The notes: generated by a model from the letters alone, not told the origin. Shown: positions 1-9,866, numbered from the stretch's first letter. The stretch is DNA of 64,000 nucleotides from Candidatus Nitrospinota bacterium M3_3B_026 (GCA_051418015.1 JBPRGF010000033.1:416001-480000), one strand, 5' to 3'. Translations and numbers: made by a program.

Positions 1-55
1 GCCTGTAGGTCGCGTATTCGCTGGACCGTTCCGAAAAATAGTCCCTGTAGCTCAT
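1..55 (-). CDS. 5' fragment of probable class I SAM-dependent methyltransferase (runs off window)
   Basis: ATG at 55 reads MSYRDYFSERSSEYATYR, resembling the F.D.FS..A..YA.YRP N-terminus of small SAM methyltransferases; only 18 codons visible; not in ORF track. Confidence 0.5.
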   Translation of the reverse strand, partial: MSYRDYFSERSSEYATYR

Positions 56-80
56 GGGAGGGGAAAGGAGGCGGGGACTT

Positions 81-875
81 TCAATCCATCTCCATTTCCA
101 TGTCGAGGTCGTCCTGGTCATGGATGAATTTCCTGAGCTTCGCGCGCAGTCTCAGGACGAGCTTGGTGTGTATCTGGGAGACGCGGGACTCGGTTATGCC
201 GAGCACTTCCCCTATCTCCTTCATGGTGAGTTCCTCGTAGTAGTAGAGGGAGACCACCAGCCGCTCTTTCTCCGGGAGCATGTCTATGGCCCGGGCGATG
301 ATGGACCGTATCTCCTCCAGCCGGGCGAGCGTCTCCGGGTCGGTCTCCTTGGTGCCTGCCAGCACCTCCATCAGGTCGCGTTTCTCTCCGTCCCTGCTCA
401 CGCCCCCCAGGTCCTCCACGGAAAGGATCGCCTGTCCCGCGGCGCTTTTCAGGAGCTCGTGGAACTCCTCGATGGTGACCCCCATAGCCTCGGCCACCTC
501 GTGGTCCTCGGCGGGGCGGCCGAGCTTCTGCTCCAGGGCGGCGTAGGCGGCGGAGACGGCGGATGCCTTCTGGCGCACTGACCTTGGCACCCAGTCCTGG
601 GAACGAAGCTCGTCCAGCATGGCGCCGCGGATTCTTATCTCCGCGTAGGTTTTAAACTGCGTCTCCTTGCCGGGGTTGTATTTTTCGATGGCGTCGATCA
701 GCCCTATGACGCCGGAGCTTATCAGGTCGTCCAGCTCGATGTGGGGAGGAAGACGCATGGCCAGCCGGTGGGCGACATATTTTATGAGCGGGGAGTATTC
801 CATGATGAGCTTGTCCGCCTCGGGCGTGCCGAGCCTGACCCCCGCCACGGGATTTTCCTGGTACTTGTTTCTCAT
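81..875 (-). CDS. fliA: Flagellar sigma factor sigma-28 (FliA/WhiG family)
   Basis: DDLISSGVIGLIDAIEKY, FKTYAEIRIRGAMLDELR, C-terminal HTH EIGEVLGITESRVSQIH; downstream of flhF/flhG. Confidence 0.96.
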   Translation of the reverse strand: MRNKYQENPVAGVRLGTPEADKLIMEYSPLIKYVAHRLAMRLPPHIELDDLISSGVIGLIDAIEKYNPGKETQFKTYAEIRIRGAMLDELRSQDWVPRSVRQKASAVSAAYAALEQKLGRPAEDHEVAEAMGVTIEEFHELLKSAAGQAILSVEDLGGVSRDGEKRDLMEVLAGTKETDPETLARLEEIRSIIARAIDMLPEKERLVVSLYYYEELTMKEIGEVLGITESRVSQIHTKLVLRLRAKLRKFIHDQDDLDMEMEMD

Positions 876-911
876 TATCCTTTAGAGCCCCGTATCCGGC
901 TGATTTTCTTT

Positions 912-940
912 ATTATAAATGGCGCGCGGACAGGTGTAAA
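912..940 (-). promoter_or_regulatory. sigma70-type promoter upstream of fliA
   Basis: Minus strand TTTACA (940-935), 17 bp spacer, TATAAT (917-912), 36 bp before the fliA ATG. Confidence 0.7.
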
Positions 941-969
941 GCTTGGTGATCCTCCTGGAACGGCGTCTT

Positions 970-1203
970 TCAACGCTTTTTCTCACCGCCCGGCGGAGGC
1001 TTCGGAGGCTTTGGGATCTCTACGGGGCCGTCGAAGAGGATAACGGCGAGCAGTTTGCCGAAGACGAAAAAGACCGCGCCCGCCGCCAGCGCCCTCAGCG
1101 CGGAGACACCGGACCCGGCGCCCGCCGTCATGGAGGCGAACCCGGCCACACCGAAAGCGAATATCCCCAGCGCCACGGAAAACCTTGTCGAAAAATCTTT
1201 CAT
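970..1203 (-). CDS. Small hypothetical membrane protein (77 aa, two hydrophobic segments, Pro/Lys tail)
   Basis: ATG at 1203 (MKDFSTRFSVALGIFAFGVAG...); fills the flhG-fliA gap, co-oriented. Confidence 0.6.
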   Translation of the reverse strand: MKDFSTRFSVALGIFAFGVAGFASMTAGAGSGVSALRALAAGAVFFVFGKLLAVILFDGPVEIPKPPKPPPGGEKKR

Positions 1204-1258
1204 CAAAAACCTCCGGCCCCGCGAGCAAAAAGGCGCGAGAGGCGCCACCGCGCCTCCG

Positions 1259-2116
1259 TCAGGACGCCAGGACCTTCTCCCATCCTATCCCTGCTGGAGC
1301 GTCGTTTTCCACGAGATTCTTCGCGATGCGCTTCAGGAGCCCGGCCGCTTTCGTGCCAGGATACTTTTCCATGAAGAGGCGCTGCTCCCGCACGGCACGG
1401 GAAACCATCTCGTCCTGGGTGATATGCCCCAGGAGGTCTATCCTGATGTCCAGTCCGAACCTGTCCGCCACGCGGGCGAGCCGCTCGCTTACGGACTGGG
1501 CCTCGGCGGCGTTCTTCACGGAGTTCACTATCAGCCTGAAATCGCGCCTGTCGTATTCGCGGGAGAGCTTTTTCATGATCGCGTAGGCGTCGGCGAAGGC
1601 CGTCGGCTCCGTCGAGGTCACCACCACCAGCTCCCCGGCTGCGGAACAGAAGTACATGACGTTCGACGAGACACCCGCGCCCACGTCGAACAGGATGAAG
1701 TCATACTCCCGCTCCAGCGCCTCCAGCTCCGTCCTGAGAGCCAGCATCTCCTCGCCGGAAAGCTCGCTGCGCCTCCTTGCGCCGGAGCTGGCGGGCAGTA
1801 TCTCCACTCCGCCGGGGCCTTTCACTATTATCTCGTCCATCGTCTTCTCGCCGGAAGCGACGTGGTCGAGGTTATAGCGCGGGGCGAGGCCGAGCAGAAT
1901 GTGTATATTACCGAGCCCTATATCCGCGTCGAAGACAAGAGTCCTCTTACCCATGGAGGCGAAAGCGTATGCGAGGTTGGCCACGACGTTTGTCTTGCCC
2001 ACCCCTCCTTTTCCGGACGCGACGGCTATCCCCCTCGCCTTTCCGGGACCTTCCGCGCCAGCCCCCCTCTTCTCAAACCCTCTGGCCATTTTCCTCAACG
2101 ATCCTGCCTGATCCAT
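1259..2116 (-). CDS. flhG: Flagellar number regulator, MinD/ParA ATPase FlhG/FleN
   Basis: True start MDQAGSLRK at 2116 (conserved DQA motif); deviant Walker A SGKGGVGKT, DADIGLGN; follows flhF. Confidence 0.93.
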   Translation of the reverse strand: MDQAGSLRKMARGFEKRGAGAEGPGKARGIAVASGKGGVGKTNVVANLAYAFASMGKRTLVFDADIGLGNIHILLGLAPRYNLDHVASGEKTMDEIIVKGPGGVEILPASSGARRRSELSGEEMLALRTELEALEREYDFILFDVGAGVSSNVMYFCSAAGELVVVTSTEPTAFADAYAIMKKLSREYDRRDFRLIVNSVKNAAEAQSVSERLARVADRFGLDIRIDLLGHITQDEMVSRAVREQRLFMEKYPGTKAAGLLKRIAKNLVENDAPAGIGWEKVLAS

Positions 2117-2136
2117 CTTTATCTCCTGTCGTGTTT

Positions 2137-3399
2137 TCAGTTCGCTTTTTTTCTGTCTGTCCTGAAAAATCTGTTCAAAAGCCTCTTGGCCGTGGCCTCC
2201 TCCATGTCCTCCGGCACGCGCTGTCCCATGGTCAGATATGACACCGGAAGGCCGGTGGAAAGCTGCAGGCTTATGGCCCCGCCGAGTTCCACCGCCTCGT
2301 CCAGCTTGGTGAACACCAGGCCCGACACACCGAGCCTTCCAAAATTCCTGGCCGCCTCCGCCATCTGCCTGGCCGGCGAAGCGGCGGACAGGATGAGCCG
2401 GACGTCCATCCCCGGCGCCTTTTCGAAAAATCCCGAAAGCTCCTCTATGCTCTCCAGGTCCCGCTGGGACCTGCCGGCGGTGTCTATGAGGACGATGTCC
2501 TTCGACCGGAACTCGTCCAGCGCCACCGGAAGATCGCCGGGGTAAAGGACGACCCTGAGAGGTATCTTCAGAATCCTGGCGTATATCTTGAGCTGCTCTA
2601 CGGCGGCTATCCTGTAGGTATCGATGGTCACGAGCCCCACCCTTGCGCCGGACTGGGCGAGGTTCGCCGCCAGCTTGGCCGCCGTCGTCGTCTTGCCGAC
2701 GCCCGTGGGGCCCGCGAGGGCCACAACCTTCCGCCCCCCTTCCACAGGGGCCTCCAGCCACCCGCCGAAGGTGAGAGCCTTTTTCAGCCCGGCGGCGGCC
2801 ACGTAAAGCAGGGTCTTCAGGTCCGGTTCCGGCCCCCCGGCGGCGTTTTCCCTTATCTCATCCACAAGCGCCTGGACATGCTCCGGGGCCAGCCCTTTGT
2901 CCCTCAGTATTCCCGCGAGGGCGGCTGTCCCTCTCCCCATCCTTTTTTCCGATTCCGTCCGCGAGCGTTCCATCAGGTGAGTCACCATCGACTTCAGCTC
3001 GCGCATCTCCTCCTCCAGCGCCGGGGCGGTGTCTTCCGTTCTCCTCGCCGCCAGCCCGGCGAGGCTCTTTCTCAAGCTCTCCATCTCCGCGAGAACAGGC
3101 TCCAGCGCCGCCGCTGTCCCGGCGTTCATGGCAGCCGCGGACAGGCGGGGCGGGGTGTTGTCCGGCTGTCCGCCCCTTTTCTCTTTGCGGGCGGCGGGGG
3201 CGGCGGCGGTGACCTTTATGACAGGCCGTCCGAACAGGCCGAAAGCGCCCGCGCCTTTCATAACCTTGTTGGACGAGAGAATCACCGCGTCCGGCCCCAA
3301 ATCGCTTTTGACCATTCGCAGGGCCTCGCCCATGTCAACGGCCTCGTAGTGTTTGACCATCTGTCCCTGCGCGCCTGCCATAAAAGCTCCGCGTGTCAT
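2137..3399 (-). CDS. flhF: Flagellar SRP-type GTPase FlhF
   Basis: GPTGVGKTTT, DTYRIAAVEQL, DTAGRS, TKLDE, GQRVPED; exact start uncertain (3399, 3381 or 3360). Confidence 0.95.
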   Translation of the reverse strand: MTRGAFMAGAQGQMVKHYEAVDMGEALRMVKSDLGPDAVILSSNKVMKGAGAFGLFGRPVIKVTAAAPAARKEKRGGQPDNTPPRLSAAAMNAGTAAALEPVLAEMESLRKSLAGLAARRTEDTAPALEEEMRELKSMVTHLMERSRTESEKRMGRGTAALAGILRDKGLAPEHVQALVDEIRENAAGGPEPDLKTLLYVAAAGLKKALTFGGWLEAPVEGGRKVVALAGPTGVGKTTTAAKLAANLAQSGARVGLVTIDTYRIAAVEQLKIYARILKIPLRVVLYPGDLPVALDEFRSKDIVLIDTAGRSQRDLESIEELSGFFEKAPGMDVRLILSAASPARQMAEAARNFGRLGVSGLVFTKLDEAVELGGAISLQLSTGLPVSYLTMGQRVPEDMEEATAKRLLNRFFRTDRKKAN

Positions 3400-5481
3400 T
3401 TACACGCTCACCACGCCGATGTTCTGTATCATCGTGTCCTGCGATATCTCGTTGTGGGATAGGATGTTGAGAGCCGGTATGAACCGCTCCACAAGCCGCC
3501 GCAACGGCAGCCTGACGGCCGGGTTCACCAGGAGGACAGGGTTCGCCCCACGCATGTCGAACTTGTCCATGCTCCCCTTCATGGCCTCAATGAGCTTCTG
3601 GGCGAAGTCGGGATCGAGGGCCAGGTATGAGCCGCTCTCGGTCGATTTCACCGCTCTCGTCAAGGTGTCTTCAAGCTCCGGGGCCATGGTTGTCACGGGC
3701 ATGGTTTTGTCCTCCAGGCGCAGGGACTTGCTTATCTGCCTCGCCAGTCCGGCGCGGACGTATTCCGTCAGCACGTCGGTGTCCTTGGTGACGGGCGCGT
3801 AGTCGGCCAGCGTCTCCAGGATGGTCAGCAGATCGCGGATGGAGACGCCCTCCCTCAAAAGGTTCTGCATGACCTTCTGCGTCTGCCCGAGGGAGAGCAG
3901 CCCCGGGATGAGCTCCTCGACCACCTTGGGATGGGTCTCCTTGAAGGTGTCTATGAGATTCTGCGTCTCCTGGCGGCCCAGCAACTCGTGGGAATACTGG
4001 CGGATGATCTCCTTTATGTGCGTGGTGACGACCGTGGCCGTGTCCACAACCGTGTAGCCTGCCATCTTCGCGCGCTCCTTATCCGCCTCGGCGACCCAGT
4101 AGGCCGGCAGGCCGAAGGTGGGGTCCTTCGTCTGGACGCCCGGGATTTTCGGCGCGTCCGGGCCGGGGCTTATGGCCAGGTAGTGGTTCATCCACAGTTC
4201 TCCCCTGGCCACTTCCACCCCCTTCACGAGGATGGTGTACTCGTTGGACTTGAGTTGCAGGTTGTCGCGGATATGAAGCGGGGGGACGATTATCCCCATC
4301 TCAAGGGCAAACTGCCTGCGAACGGATTTTATCCTCTCCAGCAACTCGCCGTCCTGTGCGGCGTCCACGAGCGGTATCAGCTCGTAGCCTATCTCCAGCT
4401 CCATGACGTCCAGCGGCAGCAACGCCTCCACCCTCTCCGGGGCTGGCGCCTCTGCGGCCCTCTCCTCTTCCTCCCTCACTGCGGCGGCGGCCTCGGTCTC
4501 CATCTGGTAAAGGACATAGGCCAGGAAACCGGCCCCGGAGCCCAGCGTGACGAAGGCCAGCGTGGGCATCCCCGGCATCATGGCCAGGAGCGCCAGGAAA
4601 CCCGCCGTTATGCCGAACGCCCTGGGGTTTATCATCAACTGCTGGGCGAGCTGTCTGCCAAGGTCGGTGGTGCCCACGGCCCGGGTCACGACCAGGCCCG
4701 CGGAGGTGGATATTATGAGAGAAGGCAGCTGCGAGACAAGGCCGTCGCCCACCGTCAGGATGGTGTAGACCCGGGCCGCCTCGGCGATGGTCAACCCCTG
4801 CTGGAGCACGCCTATGGCGAAGCCGGCGGCGATATTTATCAGCGTTATTATTATTCCGGCGACGACGTCCCCCCGGACGAACTTCAGCGCGCCGTCCATC
4901 GCCCCGTAGAAGCTGGCTTCGTCCTCAAGGGCCTTGCGCCTGTTCTTCGCATCCTCCTCGGATATTATCCCTGCGTTCAGGTCGGCGTCTATGCTCATCT
5001 GCTTGCCCGGCATGGCGTCGAGGGTGAACCTGGCGGCGACCTCGGAGGTCCTGGTGGAGCCCTGGGTTATGACCTTGTAGTTTATGATGACCAGGATGGC
5101 GAAGACGACTATGCCCACGATGTAATTGCCGCCCACCACGTACTGGCCGAAAGACTCTATCACCTTCCCCGCCGCGTCCGTGCCCTCGTTACCGTGCAAC
5201 AGGATGAGCCGCGTCGAAGCGACGTTCAGCGACAGGCGGAAGATCGCCAGCACCAGAAGCAGTGACGGGAACGCCGAGAAGCTCAAGGGGCTGGAAAGAT
5301 AGATGGCGACCAAAAGAACCACCAGACCCAGGGTGATGGAGGTCGAAAGCAGAAGGTCGAGAAGGACCGGCGGGACGGGGATCACCATCACGATGAGGAT
5401 CCCCACCACGGCTATGGCCAACGCCACATCCGCGTTCTTCGTTATCATCTCGGCTCTCGCCGCCGCTGTAGCTTCCGCCAT
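3400..5481 (-). CDS. flhA: Flagellar export gate protein FlhA
   Basis: EVAARFTLDAMPGKQMSIDADLNAG and FYGAMDGA motifs, 693 aa. Confidence 0.98.
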   Translation of the reverse strand: MAEATAAARAEMITKNADVALAIAVVGILIVMVIPVPPVLLDLLLSTSITLGLVVLLVAIYLSSPLSFSAFPSLLLVLAIFRLSLNVASTRLILLHGNEGTDAAGKVIESFGQYVVGGNYIVGIVVFAILVIINYKVITQGSTRTSEVAARFTLDAMPGKQMSIDADLNAGIISEEDAKNRRKALEDEASFYGAMDGALKFVRGDVVAGIIITLINIAAGFAIGVLQQGLTIAEAARVYTILTVGDGLVSQLPSLIISTSAGLVVTRAVGTTDLGRQLAQQLMINPRAFGITAGFLALLAMMPGMPTLAFVTLGSGAGFLAYVLYQMETEAAAAVREEEERAAEAPAPERVEALLPLDVMELEIGYELIPLVDAAQDGELLERIKSVRRQFALEMGIIVPPLHIRDNLQLKSNEYTILVKGVEVARGELWMNHYLAISPGPDAPKIPGVQTKDPTFGLPAYWVAEADKERAKMAGYTVVDTATVVTTHIKEIIRQYSHELLGRQETQNLIDTFKETHPKVVEELIPGLLSLGQTQKVMQNLLREGVSIRDLLTILETLADYAPVTKDTDVLTEYVRAGLARQISKSLRLEDKTMPVTTMAPELEDTLTRAVKSTESGSYLALDPDFAQKLIEAMKGSMDKFDMRGANPVLLVNPAVRLPLRRLVERFIPALNILSHNEISQDTMIQNIGVVSV

Positions 5482-5507
5482 CGCTCCTGAATTACTCCTC
5501 GATAAGT

Positions 5508-5561
5508 GTCAAAATTCCGCCGCTCCGGCCGCGCGCGCTTCGAGCGTCAAACTTCCGCCGC
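5508..5561. repeat. 16-bp direct repeat pair in the flhB-flhA intergenic region, candidate activator boxes
   Basis: GTCAAAATTCCGCCGC (5508-5523) and GTCAAACTTCCGCCGC (5546-5561), 1 mismatch. Confidence 0.6.
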
Positions 5562-5620
5562 CGGATTTCTGGCGCTCACTGACTTCCGCGCCTTTCCGGC
5601 CCGCTCCATAACCTCTTGAT

Positions 5621-6691
5621 CTAAAAGACCCTGACCTTGAGCCTGTAAACATAGGCCAGGATCTCGGCCACGGCCTTGTAAAGCGATTCGGGGATCATCT
5701 CCCCTACCTCTACATTCTTAAACAATGTCTGTGCCAGAGGCTTGTCCTCCATTATGGGAATGTCGTGTTCCTTTGCGATCTCCCTTATCTTCAACGCCAT
5801 ATGCCCCGCCCCCTTGGCCACGAGCACCGGCGCGGCGTCTTTTTCCCTGTCGTATCGGAGGGCCACGGAAAGGTGGGTGGGGTTGGTTATTATCACCTCC
5901 GCCTCCGGCACGCCGGCCATCATCCTGGTCCTGAATATCTCGAACTGCTTCTGCCTGATCCTCGACTTCACGATCGGATCGCCCTCTCTTTCCTTGCGCT
6001 CGTCTCTCACCTCCTGCTTGGACATCTTCATGCTTTCGTGGTGCCTGTATTTCTGGTAGGCGAAATCAGCGATGGCTATCAGCAGCAGCGCCAGGAGAAC
6101 CTTGATCATCAGCCAGAAGGTCTCGTCGCCAAGCATCTGGAGAGTCTGCTCCACCGGCAGCTCCATCAGGACGGGGACCCTTTTCCACTCCTCGAACAGC
6201 GAATAGTAGACCGCCACGGCCACCAACCCCAGCTTGGCCAGGGATTTCACGAGGTTGTTCAGACCCTCCAGCCCCAGAAACTTCTTCCATCCGGTGAGAG
6301 GGTTCAGCTTGTTGAACTTCGGCGTGATCGGGTCCCAGGAGAATATCCACCCATCGTTCTGCCAGACGTTGGAGATCACCCCGGCCACCGCCACGGTGAA
6401 AAGGATCGGCGCCAGAATGAAAAACATTTCGCGAATCGTCATGTTCAGCAAGTGGTGGAGCGTGTCCGGCGTCACCTCGTATTCTCCAGCGGCGCTGAAA
6501 TATTCGCGCCAGAGGCTGAGAATGCTCTCCAGAAAGTCAGTCCAGAAGAAGGTGAAAAAAAAGAGGGCCGACGTGAGGATGAAGACGGTGTTGACCTCCA
6601 GGCTCTTGGCGGTCCTGCCCTTCTTCCTGGTATCATCAAGGCGTTTTTCCGTAGGTTCTTCTGTTTTTGAATCCTTGTCCTCCTCCGCCAA
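5621..6691 (-). CDS. flhB: Flagellar export switch protein FlhB
   Basis: KTEEPT N-terminus, KMSKQEVRDERKEREGDP, NPTH autocleavage motif; TTG start. Confidence 0.97.
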   Translation of the reverse strand: MAEEDKDSKTEEPTEKRLDDTRKKGRTAKSLEVNTVFILTSALFFFTFFWTDFLESILSLWREYFSAAGEYEVTPDTLHHLLNMTIREMFFILAPILFTVAVAGVISNVWQNDGWIFSWDPITPKFNKLNPLTGWKKFLGLEGLNNLVKSLAKLGLVAVAVYYSLFEEWKRVPVLMELPVEQTLQMLGDETFWLMIKVLLALLLIAIADFAYQKYRHHESMKMSKQEVRDERKEREGDPIVKSRIRQKQFEIFRTRMMAGVPEAEVIITNPTHLSVALRYDREKDAAPVLVAKGAGHMALKIREIAKEHDIPIMEDKPLAQTLFKNVEVGEMIPESLYKAVAEILAYVYRLKVRVF

Positions 6692-6710
6692 AGCTTCGCC
6701 TCACCCCCTT

Positions 6711-7490
6711 TCACATGACCGAGTAGGCCAGCCCGATGTCCATGAACAGCCTGTCGAAGGCGCGGCTCATGAACAGGCTGAAGGCGGGCAGGCATATGGC
6801 GATGGTCAGAAGGCCGAGGGCGATGGTGAGCGGGAAGCCCACGATAAATATATTGATCTGCGGCACGGTCCTCGCGATAAGGCCCATGGCCGCCTGTTTC
6901 AAAAGCAGCGTCACGATCATGGGAGCGGCTATCTGCGCCGCCGTCACGTACACGGCCCCCATCGACCGTATAAAAATCTCCCCCAGCCCCGCGCTCATGT
7001 CGAAGCCGCCGAGGGGTATCAGCGCGAAGCTGTCCGCCACGCCGGAAAGGAGCATGTGGTGGGCGTTGAGCGCCATGAAAAGCAACATCGCCGTTATGTT
7101 CAGAAACTGGCCCGTTATGGAGACCTGCGCGTTGCTTATGGGGTCGACGACGTTCACGATACCGAACCCAATCTGGAACCCCACAACGCCCGCGGCAAGC
7201 TGCACGGCGGCGAAGACCATGTTGACCAGCGTCGCCGTGGCCAGCCCGATCATCGCCTCCCCCGCCACCAGCAGGCCCATTGTCCAGACATCCACGTCCA
7301 CGGAGACGGACTGCTTGTCCACGAGCGGGAACATTATCACCGTGACCATGGCCGCGAGGCCCACCTTCACGTGGGATGGGACAGCCTGCCCGCCCAGCAC
7401 CGGGACGAAGGCCAGGGCCGCTGTCACCCTCACGAAGACGAGCAGGAACGCCTGTATCCATTCAAGCTGAAAAGGAAACAGATCGGGCAC
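6711..7490 (-). CDS. fliR: Flagellar export protein FliR
   Basis: Hydrophobic; GFQIGFGIVNVVDP and RTVPQINIFIVGFPL; position between fliQ and flhB. Confidence 0.95.
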   Translation of the reverse strand: MPDLFPFQLEWIQAFLLVFVRVTAALAFVPVLGGQAVPSHVKVGLAAMVTVIMFPLVDKQSVSVDVDVWTMGLLVAGEAMIGLATATLVNMVFAAVQLAAGVVGFQIGFGIVNVVDPISNAQVSITGQFLNITAMLLFMALNAHHMLLSGVADSFALIPLGGFDMSAGLGEIFIRSMGAVYVTAAQIAAPMIVTLLLKQAAMGLIARTVPQINIFIVGFPLTIALGLLTIAICLPAFSLFMSRAFDRLFMDIGLAYSVM

Positions 7491-7503
7491 GGCCCGCCCT
7501 CCC

Positions 7504-7776
7504 CTACCTGATGTAGTTGGGGATGTTTATTATCACCTTCGTCGTGTAGCTGAGCATCATCTCGATCATCCACGGGAAAAAGATGAGAATCGAGACCATC
7601 ACGGCCAGAATCTTCGGGATGAAGGTGAGCGTCATTTCCTGTATCGACGTCACCGCCTGGAAAATCGAGACGGCGACGCCCACCAGGAGCCCGAACCCCA
7701 GCATCGGCGCCGCTATCATCAGGGCCATCCTCAGGCCCTCCGCGGCGAAGCTTACGACAAAATCGGGTGTTATCAT
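7504..7776 (-). CDS. fliQ: Flagellar export protein FliQ
   Basis: FQAVTSIQEMTLTFIPKI motif. Confidence 0.96.
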   Translation of the reverse strand: MITPDFVVSFAAEGLRMALMIAAPMLGFGLLVGVAVSIFQAVTSIQEMTLTFIPKILAVMVSILIFFPWMIEMMLSYTTKVIINIPNYIR

Positions 7777-7798
7777 AGCGCGCCTCCCTTGTTTTTCA

Positions 7799-8578
7799 TC
7801 AGATCGCGAAACTTTTGAGAAGTGAGCCGACGATCAAATACCACCCGTCCACAAGGACAAAAAGCATCAGCTTGAAAGGAAGCGATATCATGATCGGCGG
7901 CAGCATCATCATCCCCATTGACATCAACACCGAGGCGACAACCATGTCCAGCACCAGGAACGGTATGTAGATCAGGAAGCCGATGGTGAACGAGGTCCTC
8001 ATCTCGGAGATGATGAAGGCGGGGATGACTATGTACGTCGGCACGTCGTCGATCGTCTCCGGCCTCTCGACGCCGGAAAGCTCCACGAAAAGCGCCAGAT
8101 CCTTCTCCCTCGTCTGCGCCAGCATGAATTTTCTAAGTGGCGCTATGGCATTTCCGTAAGCCTCCTGCGCTCCTATTCTTTCCTGGTTGAATGGCACGAA
8201 GGCGTCCTGATAAATCTTCCCGAAAACCGGGGCCATGATGAAAAAGGTCATGAACATCGCAAGCCCGGCTATCACCTGGTTAGGCGGCATGGTCTGCGTG
8301 CCCATGGCCTGCCGCAGAAAATGCATCACCACGATTATCCGGACGAACGAGGTCAGCGATATGAAGATGGACGGCGCTATGGACAGCACCGTCAGCAGGA
8401 TCATGACCTTCAGCCCCGTGGCGATCCTGCCGGGCTCGGCCGTCTCTCCCAGGCTGATGTCTATTGTGGGCATCCCGCCAGCGGCCTGGGCGGACGCGGC
8501 GTCGGGAACGGCCAGAACCGCCAGCGCCGCCAGCGCCGTTATGGCCGCCGTTTTCGTGATTCGGCGTTCTTCCAGCAT
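7799..8578 (-). CDS. fliP: Flagellar export protein FliP
   Basis: TSFVRIIVV, PPNQV, GMMMLPPIMISLPFKLMLFVLVDGW. Confidence 0.97.
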   Translation of the reverse strand: MLEERRITKTAAITALAALAVLAVPDAASAQAAGGMPTIDISLGETAEPGRIATGLKVMILLTVLSIAPSIFISLTSFVRIIVVMHFLRQAMGTQTMPPNQVIAGLAMFMTFFIMAPVFGKIYQDAFVPFNQERIGAQEAYGNAIAPLRKFMLAQTREKDLALFVELSGVERPETIDDVPTYIVIPAFIISEMRTSFTIGFLIYIPFLVLDMVVASVLMSMGMMMLPPIMISLPFKLMLFVLVDGWYLIVGSLLKSFAI

Positions 8579-8585
8579 GGTTGTC

Positions 8586-9866
8586 CTACGCGTATCCCAG
8601 CCTCTTGTTCCTGGCCCTTATGGCCCCGGCGACGTTTTTCAAAAGCTCTTCCCGCGAGGGCGCGGCTGACCGGTCTCCTGCTGCCCTGGACAGCGCCCCG
8701 GCGAAGGTTTCCTCATCGCTCTCGTCGAACAGAGCCCGCGGGGCGCCGGGGGCTGTTTCCACGCTTCCTATGCGGAAAAAGCGAAAAGCCCTCCCCAGCG
8801 CCGAGGGCTCCCGCGGCGTCGCGGCCCCGTTCCCGGCGCCAGGGGCGGCCCCGCTTTTCCTTCTCAAGATATCGGCCTTCTCCTCGTCGTCTATCACGCC
8901 CAGCATCGTCATACTGTCGCCCGAAAGGCCGATCACCATCACCTCCCCGGCGATGTCGGCGACAACCACACGCCTTTTCATGTCTATGGAGCCAGAGGCC
9001 AGAATCCTGACGACCCCGCCCTGCCCCAACGCTCCGCCCAGCCTGCCGGAGTATTTTTTAGCCGCCCAGGCCAGGGCGAATATCATCGCCAGCACCAGGG
9101 ACAGCGACGCCGCCATCTTCACAGCCATACCGCCAAGGCTTGGCGGCTGGGGAGCCTCGGGATCCCTGTACTCCAGAAATCCATTGCCGCCCCCATTTGC
9201 GGAGAGTTTTGAGCGAGGCTCGCTTCGAGGCGCGGAGGCATCGGGTTTTGTCATGGCGGCGAGCTTCCCGAGTCTGTCGTTGGTCTCCCGCTTGATTGCT
9301 CCAGCCCCAGCGCTCCCCGGCGCGGCGGCGGGTTCCTCCGCCGCGTTTTTCACCGAAGCGGATGCCGCGGCGAGGGTCTTTTTGATCCCGTCGAGCTCTT
9401 CAATACCCGGCAAAGGCTCCACCGGCTCCGCTTCGGTCCGGGCCTGCGGCCCCGGCGGCGCGGGCTCCTTTTTCCTTATCGCCAGGATCAGCAACTCGCC
9501 ATTGAGCGAACTCTCCGTCCGGGCCTCATACTCCCTTGGGTTCTCCGCCAGAAAAAGTCTCAGCCTCGTCTTCTCCGGCGTCAACTGGTAGGCCGCCGCC
9601 TTCGGCAGGAAAGGGTCACCCAGGTCAAACTCTATTTGCGGCGGATTCACGTATACTCCGCTCATGTCGAGTTGTATCGATTTCTCGTAGAAAACGGGGC
9701 GCGGCTTTTTCCCGACGTCCCCGGCGAACCTTATGACCACCCTGGCCTCTTTGTCGTCCGAATAGACCGAGACCCCGTCGAGCCTGTTGAGCCCCGAAAG
9801 GTCCACGGCCTGCGCGGGAGCGGCGAACGCCAGCATCAGCGCCATGACAACCGTAAAATCTTTCAT
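8586..9866 (-). CDS. fliO: FliO-family flagellar protein with long N-terminal periplasmic (AMIN-like) extension
   Basis: Start MKDFTVVMALML with signal peptide; C-terminal TM plus FliO-like region (ILASGSIDMKRRVVVADIAGEVMVIGLS); immediately upstream of fliP. Confidence 0.8.
   Translation of the reverse strand: MKDFTVVMALMLAFAAPAQAVDLSGLNRLDGVSVYSDDKEARVVIRFAGDVGKKPRPVFYEKSIQLDMSGVYVNPPQIEFDLGDPFLPKAAAYQLTPEKTRLRLFLAENPREYEARTESSLNGELLILAIRKKEPAPPGPQARTEAEPVEPLPGIEELDGIKKTLAAASASVKNAAEEPAAAPGSAGAGAIKRETNDRLGKLAAMTKPDASAPRSEPRSKLSANGGGNGFLEYRDPEAPQPPSLGGMAVKMAASLSLVLAMIFALAWAAKKYSGRLGGALGQGGVVRILASGSIDMKRRVVVADIAGEVMVIGLSGDSMTMLGVIDDEEKADILRRKSGAAPGAGNGAATPREPSALGRAFRFFRIGSVETAPGAPRALFDESDEETFAGALSRAAGDRSAAPSREELLKNVAGAIRARNKRLGYA

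Noticed and set aside
2117..2761. Apparent 215-aa N-terminal extension of FlhG
   Set aside because: Out-of-frame overlap with flhF; the conserved MDQA start is at 2116
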